Assembly (NCBI GenBank): GCA_047601445.1
Contig: JASGJH010000001.1
Location: 5,280,001-5,344,000, forward strand
DNA: 64,000 nucleotides
Reading direction: 5' to 3'
Origin: Myxococcales bacterium
GTDB taxonomy: Bacteria; Myxococcota_A; Polyangia; Polyangiales; DASUME01
Made by a program: the position numbers and the translations under genes. Positions 29,110 through 38,370 of the stretch are shown here, piece by piece; the stretch's first letter is position 1; every line of letters starts with the position of its first letter. The notes under the pieces are model-generated. The model searched no databases. It had not been told where the DNA came from and saw nothing but the letters and a program-made list of their open reading frames with translations.

Positions 29110-30039
29110 ATGGCCAAGCCACGGCTAACCATCGGTGAGCTCTCGCGTCAGACTGGGCTGCCCGTCAAGACGCTGCGCTTCTACTCCGATGAGGGGCTCC
29201 TGCCGCCGCTCGCGCGCACCGACAAGGGTTACCGCCTGTATGGCGAGGAAGCCCTCGTGCGTATCGATTTGGTGCGTTCGCTGCGCGAAGCAGGGGTCCC
29301 TCTCGAGACCATCAAGCGAGTGTTGAGTCGCGAGCTCTCGCTGGTAGAAGCGCTCCAGCTGCGACTCAATACGGTGGAGGAACACGTGGCCGGCCTGCAA
29401 CGCATCGCCGCCGCACTCAGAGCAGCCCTGCGCTCCGAGCCCGGCGAAGCAGACATCAGGAGGTTGTGTGCCGTGACCCGATTGACCCATGAAGAACGAC
29501 GTGCCGCCATCGAGACCTTCCACGAACGTGTGTCCGAGGGCATTCCAATCGAGGCTGCCTGGCGCAAGCGCATGGTCGACGCCAGCACGCCCCAGCTGCC
29601 CGACAATCCGAGCCCGGAGCAGCTCGATGCATGGATCGAGCTCAGCGAGCTGATCGCCGATACGAGCTTCATCGAGAGCCTGCGCAAGAGTGCCAAGGAG
29701 GTGTGGGGAAAGTTCGATATGAACCTGATGCGCGAGGCCGGCGACCGCATGACGGCTGCGGCCAAGCGGGCGATCGCCCAGGGCCTCGCGCCGGAATCGG
29801 AGCAAGCGAAAACCCTAGTGGAGGAGTACGGGACGGCCCTCGCGGCCGCGCGCGGAGGCAGCTTCGACGCTGCCTCCAGGAGCGGCATGCGCGAGCGTTT
29901 CGAGAACCACGACCCGCGCAACGCGCGCTACTGGGAACTGGTCGCCGTCTTGCGTGGCACGCCTTCCGTGGACAGCACCATCGCGGAGTGGCGCTGGATC
30001 CGCCAGGCAGTGCTCTATCACCTGAGCGGAGGGCCCTGA
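29110..30039 (+). CDS. MerR-family transcriptional regulator
   Basis: LTIGELSRQTGLPVKTLRFYSDEGLL, GYRLY; helical C-terminal effector domain. Confidence 0.92.
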   Translation: MAKPRLTIGELSRQTGLPVKTLRFYSDEGLLPPLARTDKGYRLYGEEALVRIDLVRSLREAGVPLETIKRVLSRELSLVEALQLRLNTVEEHVAGLQRIAAALRAALRSEPGEADIRRLCAVTRLTHEERRAAIETFHERVSEGIPIEAAWRKRMVDASTPQLPDNPSPEQLDAWIELSELIADTSFIESLRKSAKEVWGKFDMNLMREAGDRMTAAAKRAIAQGLAPESEQAKTLVEEYGTALAAARGGSFDAASRSGMRERFENHDPRNARYWELVAVLRGTPSVDSTIAEWRWIRQAVLYHLSGGP

Positions 30040-30044
30040 GGCCC

Positions 30045-31016
30045 TCAGAAGAACGCCGTGACGCGCTCGACGAACCAGTACATGCCGACACTGCCCATGG
30101 CGTACTGAGCGGTGGTCGCGAGCACGTCACGCGCACGCTGTGGCGCCCAGCGCGTGACGGCCCAGCGCAGGGCCCACGCCAGGGCCACGAAGCTGAGCTG
30201 CCCAAGCTCCACGCCGACATTGAAGAAGAGGAGCGCGCTCGGCAGCTCTGCCTGCGCGATCTGGATCTCACTCAGGGCGCTCGCGAAGCCGAAGCCATGC
30301 AGCAGACCGAAGCCGAACGCCACCAACCACGGCGCCCGCACGGTGAGCGTGGGCTCGGCGCCGCGCGCCTGCCGCGTGACCTCCACCGCCAAGAGCACGA
30401 TGCTGAGAGCAATCACCGCCTCCACCGGTGGCACGGGCAAGGTGCGATAGCCGAGCGTGGCCACGCTGAGTGTGATGCTGTGGGCCAGCGTGAACGAGGT
30501 GATGGTCCACAGAAGCGCGCGCGGAGTGCGCACCAGCCACAACAAGCCCAGCACGAACAACAGGTGATCCCAGCCGAACCAGATATGCTCGACGCCGATC
30601 AGCGTGAACGCTCGGGCGAGCATGCCAAAGCTGCGCTCTCGCCTGCTCGCGGCGATCAACACGTGCGACTCGCGGGCGCCGAACACGTACGACTCTGCTG
30701 GTGCGTCGACCCAGCTGAGCTCCATCATGGCCGATGTAGCGATGTTGCCGAGCCCGCCGAAGCCGAGTCGTCCGTGCAACCCTTGGCTACCGCAGGACAG
30801 GCGCGGCGCATCGAACACGCAGTGCTCGGGGAACTCGGGTCGCAGCACCAGGTAGGCTGCGTTCGGGTCCTTCAATCCTTCGAGGCGCTTCCAGTGCGTG
30901 ACGAATTGCCCGTCCCCCACTTGCGTGACGCTCAGCACGGACATCGTGAAGTTGTGGGCCCGAGCGAGGCCGGGCCAGCTCAGCGCGATGCACAGGATCC
31001 AAAGCCAACGGCTCAT
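30045..31016 (-). CDS. HupE/UreJ-family membrane protein
   Basis: Signal ARA-H; GVEHIWFGWDHLLF, FTLAHSITL, VEAVIALSI, FGLLHGFGFA, FNVGVELGQ; ATGA-coupled to the upstream gene. Confidence 0.9.
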   Translation of the reverse strand: MSRWLWILCIALSWPGLARAHNFTMSVLSVTQVGDGQFVTHWKRLEGLKDPNAAYLVLRPEFPEHCVFDAPRLSCGSQGLHGRLGFGGLGNIATSAMMELSWVDAPAESYVFGARESHVLIAASRRERSFGMLARAFTLIGVEHIWFGWDHLLFVLGLLWLVRTPRALLWTITSFTLAHSITLSVATLGYRTLPVPPVEAVIALSIVLLAVEVTRQARGAEPTLTVRAPWLVAFGFGLLHGFGFASALSEIQIAQAELPSALLFFNVGVELGQLSFVALAWALRWAVTRWAPQRARDVLATTAQYAMGSVGMYWFVERVTAFF

Positions 31017-31822
31017 GGTCGTGCCGCCTGCACGCGTTGCACCTCGAACTCGCCCTCGAGCCGCGCCAGCTCCTGGCGGAAATGATCCCGGGTCCTCTCG
31101 ACGCGGAAGTCGGCGGCGAGCCGATCGTGCAGCACGCTGAACTCGGGTGCTGTCGCAGCCTGGCGTTCCTCCACCCGGACCACGTGCAGTCCGCGCGGAG
31201 AGCGCAGGATGATCCACTCGTGGAGCGGGAGACCCTCGACCTTGTCCGCGTTGTCGGCGCCCAGCACGACTTCCACTTGAGGCCGCGTGACCTTCTCGAA
31301 GCGCGTGGGGATCACGCGCACGTCGCGGCTCGCACGTAGTTCGGCGACGAGCGCGCGCGCTTCGTCCTCGGCCGTGGGGCCCGTGCGCACCAGGTACTCC
31401 ACGAAGGTGGCCGCGGCGGGCTGGATGTAGTCGGCGCGGTGCGCTTCGAAGAACGTCTTGAGCTCTTCGTCGCTGGGCAAACGCGCTCCCGCCGAGGCCT
31501 GGACCAGCGTGCGCATGCGCGCCACGAGCTGATCCCGAACGGTCTCGTCCGTGCGCACCAGGTCGGTCCGCAGAGCTTCACGGAACAACAGCTCGTCGTC
31601 GACCCAGGCGTCCACCAGAGCCTGCCCCTCGGCCGCCGAGGGGGACCGACCTTGACGCTGTTCGAAGAGTGCGTTTAGTTCGCGCCGCTGCTGGTCGCCT
31701 ACGACGATGCTGGTGTCCGCCGGTTCCTCTGTCGGTGCGCTCGGAGAAACTGCGCGATGCAGCAGAAAAACGGCCATTCCGAGGCCACAGAAGTGAACGA
31801 GTGGTTCGCGCAAGATCTGCAT
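31013..31822 (-). CDS. PpiC/rotamase-type peptidyl-prolyl isomerase-like protein
   Basis: LREPLVHF N-terminus, DELLFREA, RSPRGLHVV; the usual partner of HupE/UreJ genes. Confidence 0.8.
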   Translation of the reverse strand: MQILREPLVHFCGLGMAVFLLHRAVSPSAPTEEPADTSIVVGDQQRRELNALFEQRQGRSPSAAEGQALVDAWVDDELLFREALRTDLVRTDETVRDQLVARMRTLVQASAGARLPSDEELKTFFEAHRADYIQPAAATFVEYLVRTGPTAEDEARALVAELRASRDVRVIPTRFEKVTRPQVEVVLGADNADKVEGLPLHEWIILRSPRGLHVVRVEERQAATAPEFSVLHDRLAADFRVERTRDHFRQELARLEGEFEVQRVQAARP

Positions 31823-32027
31823 GGGCGGATTCTCTAGGGCTGCGCGATGACGTTTGCGTGCAGACCGCGCAACGTTCTGCTTTCACGCGGCGGCGACCGA
31901 CAAGCCCAATTGCGTGTCCGAACTGCGCACGCACGCCACCTCAAGCACGATGAAAAATAACTACGTCCGAACCTGAATGTCATTCATCCCCGGTAACAAG
32001 GGAGCTCGAAACGGGGTGAAAGATCGC

Positions 32028-34235
32028 ATGAACTTGAAGAAAATGTCGAAGGGCCTCGCGGCCGGTTTGTTGGCGTGGTGTGGTTTGGGCGCAGCAGCAG
32101 ATGCCCAGGATCCGTTCTCCATCGTCCTGATTCCGGATCCTCAGAACTACAGCGAGAAGTCGTCGTATGGCACCTACGGCCATCAGACCCAGTGGATGGT
32201 GGACAACCGCAGCGCACGCAACATCCAGTTCGTGGTGCACCTCGGTGACATCACCAACCACGACGTTGCGGCCGAATACACCGTGGCCAGCGCCGCGCAC
32301 ACCATCCTCGACAACGCTGGCATGCCGTACAGCATGACCAACGGCAACCACGAACTCTTCCCGAGTGCGGATGCCTACAAGCGCGACTCGCTCTACAAGA
32401 ACTACTTCGGCTCGAATCGCTATACCGGCAAGTCGTTCTACGGCGGCTCGTACAACCAGGACAACGAGACCAACTTCACGCTTTTCGAGGTTGGCGCGCT
32501 CAAGTTCATGGTGGTGAGCCTCGAGTTCGCCCCGCGCAAGGACATGGTGAGCTGGGCCAACTCGGTGATCCAGGCCCACCCCGATCGCCGCGTGATCGTG
32601 GCCACCCACTGCTACCTCAACAACGACGGTGAGTACGCGCCGGACTGCGCCGACCACTACAACCTCGAAGGCCGCGAGCCGGTGGACCTGTGGGAGGAGC
32701 TAGTCTCCCGTCACAGCAACATCTTCCTAGCGGTCAGCGGCCACATCCAGGGCGTGGCTTACCGCCAGCGCACGGGCAACAATGGCAACATCGTGCACGA
32801 GGTCCTGAACGACTTCCAGGACGAGCCCGTGAAGGGCACCGGCGGCACCGCGCTGGGCAACGGCTGGCTCCGTGTGCTCACCTTCAACCCTGCGCAGAAC
32901 TCGATCGGCTTCGAGTCGCTGACGGTGGAGAACGGAAACTTCGCCATCTTCAACAACGGCACCGCGCAGTTCTACCTGCCTTACAACCAGGTCGCGAGCC
33001 CCACGCCCACCAAGCACAATCTGCATAGCTACAGCGTCTCGTACAACATGCAGACGCCGCCGACGTACGCGTACAAGATCAACGACTACCTGTTCCACGA
33101 CCGCATGGCGGGCACCGCCCTCACCGGCGTCAAGGTCGACCCGCGCATCGCGGCGGCCCCCAACGGCGACTTCGTCACGGTGTGGCGCGACGACAGCGAC
33201 GGCAACGGCGCGGGCCAGATCCACGCGCGCGGATTCGACAAGGACGGCAACCCGCGCTTCGGCGAGATCACGGTCAATAGCGTGGCTGGCGGCGAGCAGC
33301 GTAAACCCGACGTGGCCATGGACGACAACGGCAACTTCGTAGTGGTGTGGGAAGACGACCAGGACGGCAATGGCTCCTATCAAATCCTGGCGCGCGGCTT
33401 CAACGCCAACGGTACCCAGAAGTTTGCTGACAAGACCGTGAACACGGTGGACGACGGGCAGCAGTACGAGCCCGCCATCGGCATGGACTCCGCCGGCAAC
33501 TTCGTGGTGGCCTGGGAAGACGACCAGGATGCCAACGGCTCCTTCCAGATCTTGGCGCGCGGCTTCACCGCCACGGGCGCCCAGCGCTTCGCGGATTTCA
33601 CCGTGAACACGGTGGCCGCAGGCCAGCAGTTCAACCCCGCCGTGGCCCTGGATAACAGCGGCGACTTCGTGGTGGGCTGGGAAGACGACCAGGACAACAA
33701 CAACTTGTTCCAGATCTTCGCGCGCGGCTTCACCGCCACGGGCGCCCAGCGCTTCGCTCAGCTCCAGGTCAACACCAACGCAGGTGGCAACCACGCCAAG
33801 CCCCAGGTCGCCATGGACGCCAACGGCGCCTTCGCGGTGGTGTGGGAAGACGACCAGGACAACAACGGCTACTACCAGATCTACGCGCGCGGCTTCACGC
33901 TCACGGGCACGCAGCGCTTCGGTGTGACCACGGTGAACTCGGTAGGCGGCGGCCAGCAGTACGCTCCCACGATCGCCATGAAGAGCACCGGCGACTTCGT
34001 GGTGGGCTGGGAAGACGACCAGGACGACAATGGCGCCTTCCAGATCCTAGGCCGCGGCTTCACCTCCGCCGGCGCCCAGAAGAAGGCCGACTTCACGGTC
34101 AACTCCGACTCGAGCGGCCAGCAGTACGTGCCGGCGGCGGCAATCGACGAGCAGAGTCGCTTCGTGATGGCGTGGCAGGATGACATGGATGGCGACGGCA
34201 ATCCGATCATCCTGGTGCGCAATCTCGGCTTCTGA
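32028..34235 (+). CDS. Secreted calcineurin-like metallophosphoesterase with C-terminal repeat (beta-propeller-like) domain
   Basis: Signal peptide; PDPQNY, HLGDI, GNHE, ATH, SGHI motifs; seven WEDDQD-type repeats. Confidence 0.85.
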   Translation: MNLKKMSKGLAAGLLAWCGLGAAADAQDPFSIVLIPDPQNYSEKSSYGTYGHQTQWMVDNRSARNIQFVVHLGDITNHDVAAEYTVASAAHTILDNAGMPYSMTNGNHELFPSADAYKRDSLYKNYFGSNRYTGKSFYGGSYNQDNETNFTLFEVGALKFMVVSLEFAPRKDMVSWANSVIQAHPDRRVIVATHCYLNNDGEYAPDCADHYNLEGREPVDLWEELVSRHSNIFLAVSGHIQGVAYRQRTGNNGNIVHEVLNDFQDEPVKGTGGTALGNGWLRVLTFNPAQNSIGFESLTVENGNFAIFNNGTAQFYLPYNQVASPTPTKHNLHSYSVSYNMQTPPTYAYKINDYLFHDRMAGTALTGVKVDPRIAAAPNGDFVTVWRDDSDGNGAGQIHARGFDKDGNPRFGEITVNSVAGGEQRKPDVAMDDNGNFVVVWEDDQDGNGSYQILARGFNANGTQKFADKTVNTVDDGQQYEPAIGMDSAGNFVVAWEDDQDANGSFQILARGFTATGAQRFADFTVNTVAAGQQFNPAVALDNSGDFVVGWEDDQDNNNLFQIFARGFTATGAQRFAQLQVNTNAGGNHAKPQVAMDANGAFAVVWEDDQDNNGYYQIYARGFTLTGTQRFGVTTVNSVGGGQQYAPTIAMKSTGDFVVGWEDDQDDNGAFQILGRGFTSAGAQKKADFTVNSDSSGQQYVPAAAIDEQSRFVMAWQDDMDGDGNPIILVRNLGF
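33135..34232 (+). repeat. Six full and one partial 165-bp (55-aa) coding repeats
   Basis: GAAGACGACCAGGA recurs at a 165-nt period (e.g. 33351, 33516); consensus P.VAMD..G.FVV.WEDDQD.NG.FQI.ARGF...G.QRF...VN. Confidence 0.9.
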
Positions 34236-34389
34236 GCATCCTCTCAACCTTCTTCCACAACTCGCTCCCTTCGCCCTCGTGTGCGCTCCCTGGTTTGGGC
34301 CGGCGCTGCGGGGGCGCAGTGACGTCGGGGCTACGAGAACGCGCATTGTCGGGACGCTTGTTCGACAAAGCGCGTGCTCTCTCCGCCCC

Positions 34390-34612
34390 AACGTCACTGC
34401 GCCTCCTCGCGCAGACCTCAGTTCGCGGGAGCGAACCGCTCTCGGGTCATTCGCGGCCGCAGCCAGCGCGCCAAGAATGGCGTATCGATGAAGCACAGGA
34501 AGCCTGTCGTCGAACTCCTCGCAGTTGCCGCAGCCGATCCAAACAGAGATAGCGAAGCCACGGATGGGTATCTCCATGCCCCAGTTCTTCCGCGTAGGGC
34601 TCGCCGAAAGCA
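34390..34612 (-). pseudogene. Frameshifted fragment of a hypothetical protein
   Basis: Two 1-nt corrections give GEPYAEDWGMEIPIRGFAISVWIGCGNCEEFDDGFLCFIDTPFLARWLR, a protein-like EDWG...WIGCGN...DGFLCFI string; no start visible. Confidence 0.4.
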
Positions 34613-34619
34613 GCCCCAG

Positions 34620-34898
34620 CTAGGCCGCCCACCCGGTTCGCTCGGGATACTCGCCTGCGCGCTAGTGACGTCTCAGCTTGTTCGCGACTCGTCCGAACAA
34701 CGTTCCATCGAGGTCGTCGGCGCAGGGCTGGAGTAGCTGCACATCCCCCGAAGCCTTCACGATGCGTGCACGGCCCTGGGCTCCGGTCGCGTTGCGGAAT
34801 ACGATGCCGCCGAAGCCCACGGGGACCATGAACTCGTATTCGGCTGAGTCTGGGGAGTCCGAGATTCGACGGATCACGATTTCCAAACCCAGGCTCAT
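34620..34898 (-). pseudogene. Small hypothetical protein with probable premature amber stop
   Basis: ATGA-coupled to the upstream lipoprotein; reads ...VANKLRRH*RAGEYPERTGWAA*; TAG at 34662-34664 is plausibly from TGG. Confidence 0.5.
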
Positions 34899-35746
34899 GG
34901 CTTTGCCTCGACGGCGACGCCGCCGTCGCTGGCTTCGGTGGCAGTGGTGCCGGGGCTCGTCGTAGTGTCCGTGGAAACCGCGCTAGCAGGCGGGACGGGT
35001 GACGTGCTCGCGGCCCACGCCAGCTCCTCCTTCCACGCCGTCATGAACTGCCTGACGCGTGCAAGCTGTTCGGGCGATAGGCTCCAACGCTCCGCACCGA
35101 GGCGCAGCGCCAGCTCGTTGGCTCCCGCGAGGGCCATCGCGGCGTCGCGCTCCACGTAGGTGCTCATGCGACGCAAGCCGGGCCTCGCCTCCGTGGCCAC
35201 CGCTTCGGTGCTCGGTACGCGAGCACCATCTGCCATCAGCCCAAGGGGCCCTTCGCTGGCCTTCGACTCGCGCCATGTGAAGGCGACCTGCATCGCCGGC
35301 CGCCCCGTGGGCATCGCGAACAGGGCGAGTGTCTCATCCAGCCCGAACACGAGGTGCAGAGTCAGGACGACCTGCCCCTTGTCATTCTTGCGCCGCACGA
35401 GTTGCTCACTCTTGCCGCTCGCGGCGACGAGCACGGCCGCTGGAGTATCCTGCTCCTCGACCGCGCAGCTCCATGTACGCGCGCTGGCGACCCTCACCCG
35501 CTTGCACAGGTACACCTGCCGCCCTGCGCAGCCTTCGAGCAAGAAGCGATGCTGACCTAGTTTGCTGAAGCGCGTGGTGCCCCACTTCGGGCAATTGTAG
35601 GCCTTCGCGTACTGCGCTCGCAGCTTGTTCTCGGTACTACAACCGGTACCGCAGAGGATGAGGAGCAGGATGGTGAGGCAAGAGGACCAAGAGAACCGCC
35701 GAGAATACACGACGCGAACGATAACTCCTTGCCTGCCCGCTGCCAA
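34895..35746 (-). CDS. Hypothetical lipoprotein
   Basis: LLLILCGTGC lipobox, Cys-containing N-terminal domain; true start probably somewhat downstream. Confidence 0.6.
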   Translation of the reverse strand: MAAGRQGVIVRVVYSRRFSWSSCLTILLLILCGTGCSTENKLRAQYAKAYNCPKWGTTRFSKLGQHRFLLEGCAGRQVYLCKRVRVASARTWSCAVEEQDTPAAVLVAASGKSEQLVRRKNDKGQVVLTLHLVFGLDETLALFAMPTGRPAMQVAFTWRESKASEGPLGLMADGARVPSTEAVATEARPGLRRMSTYVERDAAMALAGANELALRLGAERWSLSPEQLARVRQFMTAWKEELAWAASTSPVPPASAVSTDTTTSPGTTATEASDGGVAVEAKP

Positions 35747-35819
35747 AGCTCCGAGGCGGGGTTAAGGCTCTCCTGCTCGCCGTCACCCTCAGTCCGCGCA
35801 GAAAGCAGCTCGTCTGTCC

Positions 35820-36057
35820 CTACTCGATCACGACATCGAGTCCGCGATGGTTCTCGACCCAACGCGGCGACTTCCGCGGTCTCGTCGTCGGTCGCCAAGC
35901 CCACGCAGCCGTCCGAAGTATCGAAGGCGTTCACCAAACGGCCCAACCAGACACGCTCCGGTGCGGACCGTGAATGCCAACGCCCCCGCCCGTGTACCCC
36001 TGCGTCCTCTGCGCTGGCGTCGGATAGGCAATGGGGATGAATAGACCAAACTTCTTA
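35820..36057 (-). pseudogene. L,D-transpeptidase (YkuD) gene remnant, 5'-truncated, two frameshifts
   Basis: Hand translation KKFGLFIPIAYPTPAQRTQGYTGGGVGIHGPHRSV / WLGRLVNAFDTSDGCVGLATDDETAEVAA / WVENHRGLDVVIE*; IHG...SxGC is the YkuD catalytic motif. Confidence 0.75.
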
Positions 36058-36122
36058 GCGCGCTCGGGTCGTCAGGGTCGGCACGCAACATGCACATCGT
36101 GGATATGGAGGCTGCAATTCGT

Positions 36123-36875
36123 ATGGATCTCGTCGCTTTCACCCCTCGATTGCGCCATGCACGACGCACCCGTTGGCACGTCTTGGCACTGGCGATGTCA
36201 TGGAGTGTTGGATGCTCTGACGCCGACCCGTCCCTGGATCACGGTTCCGCGGTACCGAGCCCGGAGGGCCCCGGCTCGGATGGCCAAGTCTCCCACGCGT
36301 CGAAGGCACTCGACGCAAGTGCAGCCAACGCCGACGCTGGGACGGAAGAGCCCATTGTCGAACCCGTGTCGGAAGCGGACTACTACGTGCGCAACCAGAC
36401 TGCTGCTGCGGTCTCGCTGGCGGCCACTGACCTGTCGGGTGGGCCAGTGCAGCTCCTCCAGGATCGCCTCGCGCCAGGGGAAGAAGCACGCATCTACCAC
36501 GCGCTGGAAGGAACCGGCGGACACGTGATGCCCTCCAACTTCTTCGAGAACTTCACGGTCACGTCGGGGACCGATGTTACGTACAGCGGCGTCCGCAACG
36601 AGGACTGGAAGGCCAGCGACGGTCGCTACACGTTGAAGCTCAAGGAGCGCGAGGACTATTCGTGCACCGAAGACGAGGACTGCACCATCAAGGACGTGGG
36701 CAACTGCTGCGGCTACTACCCACGCTGCGTCAACGTGGACAGCCCTACACCGGGTCCCGAATGCGTTGGCGACGACGGTGAGAGTCTCGGTGGTGTGTGC
36801 GGGTGGCCCGACATCACGCACTGCTCTTGTGTGCAAAACACCTGTCGCAGCATGCAGGGCGACCAAGAAGTCTAA
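36123..36875 (+). CDS. Lipoprotein with C-terminal Cys-rich domain
   Basis: SVGC lipobox; SCTEDEDCTIKDVGNCCGYYPRCVN...CSCVQNTC. Confidence 0.65.
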   Translation: MDLVAFTPRLRHARRTRWHVLALAMSWSVGCSDADPSLDHGSAVPSPEGPGSDGQVSHASKALDASAANADAGTEEPIVEPVSEADYYVRNQTAAAVSLAATDLSGGPVQLLQDRLAPGEEARIYHALEGTGGHVMPSNFFENFTVTSGTDVTYSGVRNEDWKASDGRYTLKLKEREDYSCTEDEDCTIKDVGNCCGYYPRCVNVDSPTPGPECVGDDGESLGGVCGWPDITHCSCVQNTCRSMQGDQEV

Positions 36876-36894
36876 GCGTCGGACTCGGCGTCCG

Positions 36895-38085
36895 TCACTT
36901 GCCTCGACTCTTCTCCCAGGCCCTGACCTTGCTCCGCGCGGCGTCGAAGAGGCGCGCGTGGTTTCCTTGCCGGACCTTCTCGCTGGCCTCTGGGGTGAGC
37001 GCCTTCCAGAGTGGATGATAGAGCTCGAAGACCTTGAGATAGGCGGACTGCTCGGAGGGCGCCACCTCGTCGCTTCCGTAGAGAAAGCGGTCGGGGTAAC
37101 GGTTGATGAGATCGGCCGTCTTGGCCAGGGCCGCCGGACTGTCGATGATGTATTTGGCCACTTCGTCCCACGAGAGATCGAAGTGCACGTGCGTAAAGGC
37201 GGGATCTCGGAGCGTGCTCTCGAGGGCTGCCAGGTGATTCTCGATCGGTCGCACCACGCGTCCGACTCCGGTATGCGCCCAGATGATCGTGGTCTCGGGA
37301 TGTCTGCTCAGGAGCTCTCGCATCTGACCGAGGTAGGCCGGCTCGGTACCCGGCTTGGGAAACGGCACGTCGATGTCCGAATGGATCAGCGCGATGAGTC
37401 CCACTTCGCCCGCGAAGTCGAGCACGCGATCGAGCGCGGGATCCGTGAGACTCGCGACGGGACCGCAGACCTTCGACGAGACGAATTCCTTGTGAATGGT
37501 GAACTCGCCGATCCCACTAAAGACCCCCGGGAAAGTGGTAAGCACGCGACGAATGTGATCTGCGGCGTACATGTCCGCGGGGTCGAAGCCCGTGATCATG
37601 GGATCGAAGCGCTGCTGGTCCGCGGGCGAGAGCGAGCGATAGGCCATCGCGATGACGGCGTCCGTGAAGCTGTAATAGTAGAGCGGGTCGTCGGTCTGTA
37701 GATAGTACGTCGGCGCGTGATCGCCTGTGTTGCGGTAGGACCAGAGCTGCTGCAGCGGGATCCCGAAGAGCGCGGCGCGCCCCACTCGGTCGCCCATGAT
37801 CTGGAGGAACTTGGTGATCGGAGTTCCCTCCTGGATGTAGTTTGTGAGGTGCACGTGCGTGTCGCTGACCTCGTATTTTTGATCGTGAGTGCGCTTGGAA
37901 GCCGGCTGGGACGTAGCGGTGGCCGTGCGTGGCTTCGCTTGTCCCCGTGCCGCCGTTGGCGAACAGGCTGCCAGCGCGGTCGATAGCAGCACACCGAGCA
38001 CGCTCGCGTGGAGAAGCCGGCGAGCATGAAGAGGGCGTTCCCAAACGAGGATTCGCCCGGCCACACGGATGGCGTGATCGCTCAT
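36895..38085 (-). CDS. Amidohydrolase-family metallo-hydrolase, likely lipoprotein
   Basis: DTHVHLTNY (HxH), GIGEFTIHKE, IHSD, WAHTG, GSD; LAAC lipobox; start uncertain. Confidence 0.85.
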   Translation of the reverse strand: MSDHAIRVAGRILVWERPLHARRLLHASVLGVLLSTALAACSPTAARGQAKPRTATATSQPASKRTHDQKYEVSDTHVHLTNYIQEGTPITKFLQIMGDRVGRAALFGIPLQQLWSYRNTGDHAPTYYLQTDDPLYYYSFTDAVIAMAYRSLSPADQQRFDPMITGFDPADMYAADHIRRVLTTFPGVFSGIGEFTIHKEFVSSKVCGPVASLTDPALDRVLDFAGEVGLIALIHSDIDVPFPKPGTEPAYLGQMRELLSRHPETTIIWAHTGVGRVVRPIENHLAALESTLRDPAFTHVHFDLSWDEVAKYIIDSPAALAKTADLINRYPDRFLYGSDEVAPSEQSAYLKVFELYHPLWKALTPEASEKVRQGNHARLFDAARSKVRAWEKSRGK

Positions 38086-38370
38086 ACGCTAAACAAGCTA
38101 GGCGTCGCAGGACACGCGCACAAGCGCGGCGAGCACGCTGTTCAGCAAACGCAACGAACGGGCATCGCCTCATGCGGCATCGCGAGTCCTCAAACGGGAG
38201 CGCGGCCCTGCGAAGACCTGGCAAAATGCAGCAGCACAGCTTGACCCGAGCACGCACGCTTGCTCTCATCAACGAGGAGGGATGCGCATGCACGGCTTCG
38301 TGCGGCCACGACGCTTCATTCTCTACTCGCGCGTCCAGGCGCGCGCCTCGACCTCGACGAGATCATCCAA

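Noticed and set aside
33135..34232. Regularly spaced DNA repeats resembling a CRISPR or guide-RNA array
   Set aside because: The period is 165 nt, in frame, with synonymous variation inside a CDS; no unique spacers and no cas genes.
34662..34664. Pyrrolysine or recoded TAG read-through
   Set aside because: Other genes here end normally at TAG, no pyl genes are visible, and neighbouring genes are also damaged.
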